From: Hormiphora californensis
Lineage: Eukaryota; Animalia; Ctenophora
Assembly (NCBI GenBank): GCA_020137815.1
Contig: CM035350.1
Location: forward strand, 620,001 to 684,000
Length of the DNA stretch: 64,000 bases
Reading direction: 5' to 3'
Every line of letters starts with the position of its first letter. The first letter of the stretch is position 1. The notes under the pieces were generated by a model that had not been told where the DNA came from, did no database searches, and worked only from the letters and a program-made list of their open reading frames with translations. Below, piece after piece: positions 35,528 through 64,000 of the stretch. The position numbers were made by a program, and so were the translations under genes.

Positions 35528-36787
35528 TTAATTTACGTAGGGAAACGGGAAAAGTGGGTCGGTATAGTTCGTATAATTAAACAGCATAAAATCTGGTTTG
35601 AATTTTTCATACAGTTTATCCATCAGATATTTAGGGACCTTTGGAAACCACCTCCGTGCAAGAATCGTGGACCTCTCCACTCTGGGATCGCTGGAGGAAT
35701 CATAAGGACCCGGCACGGACACGTCAGCATCTTTCTGCATAGCGAAATGTTTCAAAATCTCCTTACTTTGAACCTGTGCGTGTTCCAAGGCACCGATGAA
35801 GTTGTAATTAACTTCCGACAGACTGAGCATGTTATATTGAGGCTGGAAGTGAACATTGATACCCTCTATAGGGTCCTCTGCTAGATATCTCAGGAACTCC
35901 AGAAATGTAGGTCTGAGTCCCCTTTTAAACAACTCTCGCAATGTAATGGAGGGGTCCCGGTAGCGCTGGAGAATATCTAGAGATACTCTCCCTCCCTGCC
36001 ACTTCTGGAATCTCTCCGGGGCAAACTTGTCATTGTAGCCAGATACAATCCTAGTCCAGGGGTTTCTAATGACTGTGAAGGTGTATTTCCCGTTCAGATC
36101 CATATATGGGTATCTCCGTAGAATGTTAGAGATAGAGATGCTATTGATTATATAGTGGACCTTGGGGGTCGGTTCATCCTCCCAGAACATCTTCTCTTGA
36201 CGGAGAATGGTGAACTTCCAGTTAGTACAGCCAGATTTGGGGATACCCGTGTATATGATATCAGCCCGATTAGAAAAATAAGTTTTGATCTGGGTAAGAT
36301 AGTTTACAGTATACCAGTCAGTAAAGGGTGGACTGGATAATCCGAGAAATCCCAGGACTTTGTAAACGTTTTTCCTGACCCACTCCTGCGAGGGAACCTC
36401 CGGTGTGTATGAAAATGTCATCTCCGTTTCGGATTTGTTTACAAAAATAGAAAACATCTCCGAGTCGGTGGTAGTGGCCACAGAACTCTCACTACCATAT
36501 AACAGGGTCTTATGTTGTTTAGAGGAGCTAGTAAATGACTCAGTTGGTTCTTTCTCAAGGGTAAGGTGTTTAAAATTGTTCAAATCAGGTTTACTTCTCT
36601 CAAAGAATTTAGTGTTTATAAGTTGGTTGGTGAATAGTGCTGGCTCATCAGAAACTACCCTGTTATTTGTAACTGCTGAGTGTTGGACCGGAGCTGAGAC
36701 AAAACTAAGTGAGTTGAACTGCATGAATATGTAGAGAGCGAATAACAGGAAGAGAATGAAGGTGACTGCGACACCAAGCCTTGCCAT
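35528..36787 (-). CDS. Golgi carbohydrate sulfotransferase (Sulfotransfer_2; CHST8-14/HNK-1ST-like), intronless, type II membrane protein
   Basis: MARLGVAVTFILFLLFALYIF TM segment; 5'-PSB YTGIPKSGCTNWK; 3'-PB VIRNPWTRIVSGY; HFQPQ; C-terminal LYEKFKPDFMLFNY. Confidence 0.9.
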   Translation of the reverse strand: MARLGVAVTFILFLLFALYIFMQFNSLSFVSAPVQHSAVTNNRVVSDEPALFTNQLINTKFFERSKPDLNNFKHLTLEKEPTESFTSSSKQHKTLLYGSESSVATTTDSEMFSIFVNKSETEMTFSYTPEVPSQEWVRKNVYKVLGFLGLSSPPFTDWYTVNYLTQIKTYFSNRADIIYTGIPKSGCTNWKFTILRQEKMFWEDEPTPKVHYIINSISISNILRRYPYMDLNGKYTFTVIRNPWTRIVSGYNDKFAPERFQKWQGGRVSLDILQRYRDPSITLRELFKRGLRPTFLEFLRYLAEDPIEGINVHFQPQYNMLSLSEVNYNFIGALEHAQVQSKEILKHFAMQKDADVSVPGPYDSSSDPRVERSTILARRWFPKVPKYLMDKLYEKFKPDFMLFNYTNYTDPLFPFPYVN

Positions 36788-37343
36788 ACCAGTTCCGATA
36801 AGATTGATGTGCCACCATAAACCTAAAATATAGATTAACACTTCAATTTGAGACGATTACAAACACTACGTTGTAGTTGATTTGTAATGTAATTTATGCA
36901 TTTAATAGACCACTCACTAGTGAATAAATAGTAGAAAAAATGGTGCCAACGCACTCTCTAAACTATCACTTTCTCAAGTGGATTATATTACATTGTCTTT
37001 ATGATTTTTTTAAATTTTCCTCGCAACAACCGGAGCAACTTTTGCACTTTGCAACTGTATAATGTATTATGGTACACTATTCAGACAAGAAAAGAATAAA
37101 TTAATTGGTCACTGAAGCGTCAAAAATCGAGCTAGGAGTTTCTTGGCGTGGAACTGCGGACAAACTGTCAAAATTGTTGAGCAAATTTTAAATAATAATA
37201 ATAATAATAATAATAATGACAGTTTATATCCCGCACTGACACAGTTTATATACAGACAACTCGTTTTCCTTAATTTGAAAGGGACTGCAGTAGACTGCCT
37301 GCTCCTAGCACGGTTCTCTGATAACGGTGAGTTAGTGGGGAAA

Positions 37344-38300
37344 CTATCCCACTTGGATAACGTTATTACGGATGAAATAGCAGCCGTCAGGATCTTCTGA
37401 TCGTATCCGTTTCAAAGTGGACCTTAGAGCTTTTTGCTCCTTCAGTTCAGAGGGCGTAAGATCCGGAGAGAGATAAACAGCCGAAAACTGTTTGGAGTCT
37501 TTGAGGTTTCGTGCTTTTTTGAGAATCGCCAGGAGAGTCGCTCTCTTCTCCAGGGATACTAAGAGCGGTCTAGGGCGCTTCTCATTTCTTTCGCCGATGC
37601 GTTTCATCGTTGTCACTTTCGGTTTCTCTTTTAATTCCTCAAAAAGTTCGTCTAAAGTAGTTTTAGCTACTCTATCCGTTGTTTCTGGAAGACCAAACAC
37701 AACCAGGTTCTTTTCTCTTTCGGGCTGTTGGACGGGAGTAGGGTGATTCACTGGTAGTGGTTTTCCCACTTTGGCGGAGGTTGCAGCACATTTCTGTGCG
37801 AGCACAGTAGAGTAGGCTTTCACCTTCTGCACCGATGCTGTCACTGTACTGAGTTGTTGCTTCTGGTGGTTGATAACCGTTTGCTGAAGCTCGATCACGC
37901 TAACCCGATGGCGGTCAAGTTCTTCTTTGCATTCACGCAGCTGCTTCTCGAGGTTTTCCACACTGATAACAGTTTCAAAATTGTTCATTGTTGTTCGGGC
38001 AAGTTTCATACTGGAGAGAAAAATACGCGAAGTAGCCTCAATCATTTCACTCGTAGTTCGGTCCTTTAGACAATGTCTGAAGTACGAACCCCAGTGATTG
38101 CAAGGCGAAGCTACGCTGTCGTTGGTTAACGTTGAATCGGGTGCAGCTTGGATAGATCTATAACATTGAGTAAACTGATCTGGTGTGATGTTGGGGTCAT
38201 TGTCCGAATTCAACCGGTAAACTTCAGAAACAAAGTCATCTACTGTCTCTTCTAATCGTTTTATCATAGGGTTATCGCCCTCGTACTTCGCTTCCGACAT
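37344..38300 (-). CDS. LINE ORF1-like protein (coiled coil plus RRM/CTD, CR1/L2-type), ~318 aa
   Basis: Coiled coil LEKQLRECKEEL...; NLVVFGLPE, RIGERNEKRPRPLLVSL and VYLSPDLTPSE parallel NVTIVNIPE / PRPLIVIL / WVNPDLTRAE in ORF1 of the intact LINE at 53838. Confidence 0.85.
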   Translation of the reverse strand: MSEAKYEGDNPMIKRLEETVDDFVSEVYRLNSDNDPNITPDQFTQCYRSIQAAPDSTLTNDSVASPCNHWGSYFRHCLKDRTTSEMIEATSRIFLSSMKLARTTMNNFETVISVENLEKQLRECKEELDRHRVSVIELQQTVINHQKQQLSTVTASVQKVKAYSTVLAQKCAATSAKVGKPLPVNHPTPVQQPEREKNLVVFGLPETTDRVAKTTLDELFEELKEKPKVTTMKRIGERNEKRPRPLLVSLEKRATLLAILKKARNLKDSKQFSAVYLSPDLTPSELKEQKALRSTLKRIRSEDPDGCYFIRNNVIQVG

Positions 38301-38353
38301 TATCAACGTTTCGTCTTTCTGCCCTTCGGGGCTGTTACATCGGATTCATCTTC

Positions 38354-38394
38354 CTCAAATTAATTTGTTTAAAGTAGTGTTGAAAAGTTTGAAA
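38354..38394 (-). other. Genomic copy of a ctenophore-type spliced-leader exon (TTTCAAACTTTTCAACACTACTTTAAACAAATTAATTTGAG)
   Basis: Matches, as recalled, the published Pleurobrachia/Hormiphora SL minus its first few nt. It is followed by GAAGATG, not by a GT donor, so it looks like a post-trans-splicing junction and not an SL-RNA gene. Confidence 0.8.
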
Positions 38395-38484
38395 TATGTA
38401 TTACTCTTTGCGTCCAGGGACCTTGGGCGGTAGCAGGGCCCAAGCAGGCTGCAAGCCCCGGTGGGGGGTCGAGGGGGTGAAGCG

Positions 38485-41400
38485 GGCGCGATTATAATCT
38501 GGGTGCCTTGCAGCCTGTTTACAGGTGCGCGCTGCCAAAAGAGTATAAAGTCGGATTTTTTGAAGTTGTCACCCCCCTCTTCGTGCGCGGAATGTTTTTG
38601 CGCGTCACATCACATGTTAACGTGTGGTGTGCGCGTCAAAATTGATAAATTTCACATGCGCGGTCATTTTGGGGTGACAACTTCAAAAAATCCGACTTTA
38701 CTTAGACCGACTTTTTTCAACCGGCTATAGCCATGGAACCACATGGCCGATTTGTGTAAACTAAACGGTATCAGTTAGAGAATCGATAGCCCTAACCGGT
38801 AACCCCAAACCAAACCCTAACCAGACCCTAACGGATAGCCCTAACCCGTCGCGCGCGCCAAAACTACGAATTGTTAGCAATGAAAGGCACCCAGATTTTA
38901 ACGTTTTCCGGGTGAAGCCCCCTAGAAATTTTTAACGTTTTCGCGACAATCAGAGAGCGCTTGAAAAGTTGGCAAAGGCAGCGCTTTTCAACTTGAAAAG
39001 TGGAAACAAAAAGAGTCTTTAAAAAAAACGTCGTCGTTGATTTTTAAAAAATTTCGTCATCAAGTTTGGCCCGCGGCGCGCGTTACGGATCTGCCGTGCA
39101 GCGCGCGCGCGGCTTGACGATATTTTTTGTTTTTTTAAATCTTATCTTAAAATTTTTGTTTTTTTTGCAGTGTCTTTTAATTTTCAAACAAAAAATGACT
39201 GCTGTCTGCTTGCGCGACAGCTGACTGAGTGCTGAGTCCTTGAAATGCGTTGTATGGGCAGGAGCTACCACATTAAAGCGAGCATAGCTCTGCTCACTTT
39301 TATGCCGCATGCGGTACCTCCTGTGGTACCTCTTGCAGAGGTGCGGTGCCAAAACTCATGTGCTTCCAGACTCCAGCAGTCCAAATTTGTAACAATATCC
39401 GAATCCTTTAAAAGCGGAACTGTTATTTGTCGGATACCAGATCGAGTAGTGTCAGCGGAATCAACTACTTAGTTCTATAGGTTTTTGGTTAAATGGCGTC
39501 TGGCCTGTCAGCCGTCAGGCCAATGCTCTAACAGCGTCAGGCCGTGTTGTGTTGGTAGCTACACACAGTTTTTTTTCTAAAAGGGTGTTAAAATGGGATT
39601 ATATTAGATTATATTAGATAACAATATCAATATAAAAATACCGGTCTCCCATGGGGGAGACACACAGTCAACAGTGTAAATCATTGTTAGTTGTTTGGTT
39701 CAACATTAACATGACAGACGTTGTAAGACGAGTGGCTGAGTGCTAACCTTATTCTAGAGTATTGTCTACATCTACTTAGTTGGTAGTTAAACATTTTATC
39801 CGGTTTCGAATTTGTTCTGAAATGGAAAGTTGGCCGGTTGTTACTTGTAACCCATGTTGATTTAGCTTGTAGAATTTGAGCTGAATAGTAACATGATCTA
39901 ATAGTTCCAATGTGAAATTCGCCTCCTACTCCTGTTGAATGATAGTTAAGCATGCCAAAGAGATATTATATGCGTTGTAGGTCTTCTCATCGAAACTATC
40001 GTTCACTTTACCCACAATTGCTCCCCATGTTTATTTAGCTTCGTCCTGTAGAATTTCAGGGTTTATTTTAGTATTTGATCCTAACTCCAGGTTTCCATGC
40101 TTGCAAAGGNNNNNNNNNNNNNNNNNNNNNNNNNNNNNNNNNNNNNNNNNNNNNNNNNNNNNNNNNNNNNNNNNNNNNNNNNNNNNNNNNNNNNNNNNNN
40201 NNNNNNNNNAAAACTTAGCAAATCTTCGAAAAAAAAGAACTCGTCAGGCCCGGTTATGTTTGTTTAAAATACCGGGGGGGTGCGTTTAAAACGAAAGTGC
40301 TGCGTTTGGAAAAAAAAACGTCGGCGGGGCGGCGGGTAGGGAGGTGCGCGGGGCGGCTTGACGAGATTTTTTTTGTTTTTTAAATCTTAAAATTTTTGTT
40401 TTTTTAAATCTTAAATTTTTTGTTTTTTAAATCTTAAATTTTTTATTTTGCAGTGTCTTTTAATTTTCAAACAAAAAAGGGCGCGGTTATAATCTGGGTG
40501 CCTTGCAGCGTGTTTACAGGTGCGCGCTGCCAAAAAAGTACACCTAAAACCACTTAGACCGACTTTTTTCAAACGGCTATAGCCACGCAACCACATGGCC
40601 GATTTGAGTAAACTAAACGGTATATGATAGAGAATCGATAGCCCTAACCGATAACCCCAAACAAAACCCTAACCCGACCCTAACAACAGCCCTAACCCGT
40701 CTCGAACGCCAAAATCGATGAAATGTTAGCAATGGAAGGCACCCAGATTTTAACGTTTTCCAACAAAAAATGACTGCTTGCGCGATAGCTGACTGCTGAG
40801 TCCTTGAAATGCGTTGTATGGGCAGGAGGCAGGAGCTACCACATTAAAGCGAGCATAGCTCTGCTCACTTTTATGCCGCATGCGGTACCTCCTGTGGTAC
40901 CTCTTGCAGAGGTGCGGTGCCAAAACTCCTGTGCTTCCAGACTCCAGCAGTCCAAATTTGTAACAATATCCGAATCCTTTAAAAGCGGAACTGTTATTTG
41001 TCGGATACCAGATCGAGTAGTGTCAGCGGAATCAACTACTTAGTTCTATAGGTTTTTGGTTAAATGGCGTCTGGCCTGTCAGCCGTCAGGTCAATGCTCT
41101 GACAGCGTCAGGCCGTGTTGTGTTGGTAGCTACACACAGTTTTTTTTTTCTAAAAGGGTGTTAAGATTATATTAGATTATATTAGATAACAATATCAATA
41201 TAAAAATACCGGTCTCCCATGGGGGAGACACACAGCCAACAGTGTAAATCATTGTTAAAGTCCGTTTCAAGCGACTTGACCCGTAATTCTTGGAATTTGG
41301 CGCATTGCGCGTGTATTTACAAAGGGGAAATCCTGAATTTCCAGGAATCTCAGGTCAAGTCGTTTGAAACGCACTTTAGTTGTTTAGTTCAACCTTAACA

Positions 41401-41715
41401 TGACAGACGTTGTAAGACGAGTGGCTGAGTGCTAACCCTATTCTAGAGTATTGTCTACATCTAATCAGTTGGTAGTTAAACATTTTATCCGGAATTTGTT
41501 CTGAAATGGAAAGTTGGCCGGTTGTTACTTGTAACCCATGTTTATTTAGCTTGTAGAATTTGAGCTGAATAGTAATATGATCTAATAGTTCCAATGTGAA
41601 ATGTCGCCCCTCCATACTCCTGTTGAATGAGTAGAAGCATGCTCCAGGAGATATTATATATGCAGATTGTAAGGTCTTCTTCTATTCGAAACTAATCGTT
41701 CACTTTACCCCCCAC
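38485..41715. repeat. Unclassified repeat block duplicated across an N gap (38485-38930 ~ 40480-40760; 39187-40020 ~ 40762-41715)
   Basis: Near-identical direct copies on either side of the 100-N gap at 40110-40209; CCCTAA-rich segments. Confidence 0.8.
38545..38700. mobile_element. ~155-bp MITE inserted in another repeat
   Basis: TIR TAAAGTCGGATTTTTTGAAGTTGTCACCCC / GGGGTGACAACTTCAAAAAATCCGACTTTA. It is absent from the second copy of the host repeat at ~40480-40760. Confidence 0.8.
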
Positions 41716-43175
41716 ATTATTTTTGCTCTCTCCCTGTACCAATGTACCATGGTGTTTATTTTTAGTTTTCTCCTCGGTTTACAGGAGAGATAATTAGCAC
41801 AACTTTCTACCTCATACTACCAATGTTCTTCTGTGCCAAATTTGTACTCCTAATAATATCTTCAAGAGGTGTTTCTGTATTTGATTGACAGGTTTCTTGT
41901 AAAGTAGACTTGTGGGTTTTGCATTGTTGTTATTCGATCATAATATGGTTATGTAAGGTGTTTATCTGACATAATTTTAAAAGGGTGAATTTACAAAAAA
42001 AAAATTTTTTCTTAAGTAAAAAATTCCCCCAAACCTCTTTGGGTCCGTCTGTTTGTCCCCTATGGTTCCCCCCGGGTTTTTTTTCCCCCCTTTTTCTCCC
42101 CCCAGTTCCCCCAAAAAGGGGGGGGGGGGGGAAAAAAAAAAAAAAAAAGGGGGGGGGGGGGGAAAACCCCCCCGGGGCCCTCCCTCTTCCTCTTTTTTTT
42201 TTCCCTTTTTCCCCCCTCTCTTCTTTTCCTTCTCTCTCTCTTCCCCTTTCCCCCCCCCCCTCTCTTTTTTTTTCTCTTTTCCTTTTCCCTCCTCTCCCTC
42301 CCTCTCTCTCCCCTTTTTTCCCTCCCCCCTTTCAAATCCCCGTATTATCATTCGTCATCTCTCTTTCACTCCTACTCACATTATCTCTCTGTTTTAATTG
42401 CCTTTAACCCTTATTTCCTTAAATTTTTCCCCTTTACCGCTATCCTTCTTCATCTTGGGGGGGGAGGTAGGCCACATTCTTTATATCTGTATTCAATAAA
42501 CCATTACATACATAAGACATTATTGAACATGTCTGTCTTCCTGCGGGAGAAAGAGCGAGAGAGAAGGAGAAACAGAACAAACCCCCCCATATTCACCCGG
42601 TCATTTCCCGGATGGAAGTTACAGTAAGGGTTTTCAGTTTCCGGTGAAGGAAAAAAAGAGTAAAAAAAAGAGAAGGGAGAAGGGGGAAAGAGAGAAAAAG
42701 GGGGGGGGGAGGGGGGAAGAGGAAAAGAGAGAGAGAGAGGGAAAAAAGCGAAAAGGGGGAAAAAGGGGGGAGAGAAAATATAGGTAGAGGAGCTTAAAAA
42801 TAGGGGGGCAGGGGCACAGCCTACATGAAGGATTTAAGAAGAGGCATGGATATATGTACAAAAAACAAAGAGAAAGAAAAGGAAAAGAGGAATTCTAGAA
42901 GGGCAATCAGGCAATTGTTTTTTTAAATATACAACTTGGATTTTTGAATGGGGGGAAGGGGGAAATAGACATGTACCAACATAATGTTTTTGGTATAATT
43001 GACAATTGTGTTAATTATACATTTGAAGATGTTAGCAACTACTCAATAATTTTCTGGTTATTCTGAATTTCTAATTTTCCACTGCCGCCTCGCTCCTTTC
43101 TCTTTTTACTCAGACTTGACACGTTGGCTTTCCCTAATTCCTAATTTACACTCAACCCCGACATCTCACAATTTT

Positions 43176-63987
<20,812 letters not shown>

Positions 63988-64000
63988 GTGAGTGTCAGGG

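Larger units (their letters stand above)
37191..38394 (-). mobile_element. ORF1-only retroposed unit: spliced leader, 5'UTR, LINE-type ORF1, 3'UTR, (ATT)9 tail
   Basis: Leader-like 41-mer at 38394-38354; intact ORF 38300-37344; ~126-nt 3'UTR; trinucleotide tail 37217-37191; no RT or endonuclease ORF. Confidence 0.8.

Noticed and set aside
38300-38353. Hammerhead ribozyme in the 5'UTR (GATGA...GACGAAAC with a GCCC-CGAA-GGGC hairpin)
   Set aside because: The CUGANGA core is incomplete and I could not build stems I and III by eye; an Infernal search would settle it.
38354-38394. SL-RNA gene
   Set aside because: The leader is followed by GA, not a GT donor and SL intron, and leads into a UTR and ORF.
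39187-41715. Biological segmental duplication, or duplicated 75-89 aa ORFs as genes
   Set aside because: The copies flank a scaffold gap (likely contig overlap or haplotypes) and the ORFs have no recognisable motifs.

Overview
Eukaryotic genomic DNA with spliceosomal introns, very likely from a ctenophore. The main clue is a 41-nt match, from memory, to the Pleurobrachia/Hormiphora-type spliced leader; antisense nested genes are consistent with this. The assembly is error-prone: it has frameshifts in exons, garbled homopolymer blocks, an ~815-bp poly-A run and an N gap. Genes: the 3' half of tektin-2 (+), a multi-exon RasGRF (-, 6341-28423) with a Yippee/YPEL gene nested antisense in an intron, intronless ABHD1/3-like hydrolase and carbohydrate sulfotransferase genes (-), and a multi-exon ADAM metalloprotease (+, ~43176 to beyond the window end) with an antisense GPCR nested in an intron. 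Mobile DNA: an intact CR1-type LINE, a decayed LINE, a Helitron, a Helentron/DINE-like element, several MITEs and kilobase-scale foldback palindromes. The most striking observation is a 1.2-kb minus-strand unit (37191-38394) made of a spliced leader, a short 5'UTR, an intact LINE-type ORF1 only, a short 3'UTR and an (ATT)n tail. It looks like a reverse-transcribed, SL-trans-spliced, ORF1-only retroelement. A second observation is minisatellites whose unit is an intron/exon AG|GT acceptor junction, seen in two unrelated genes.
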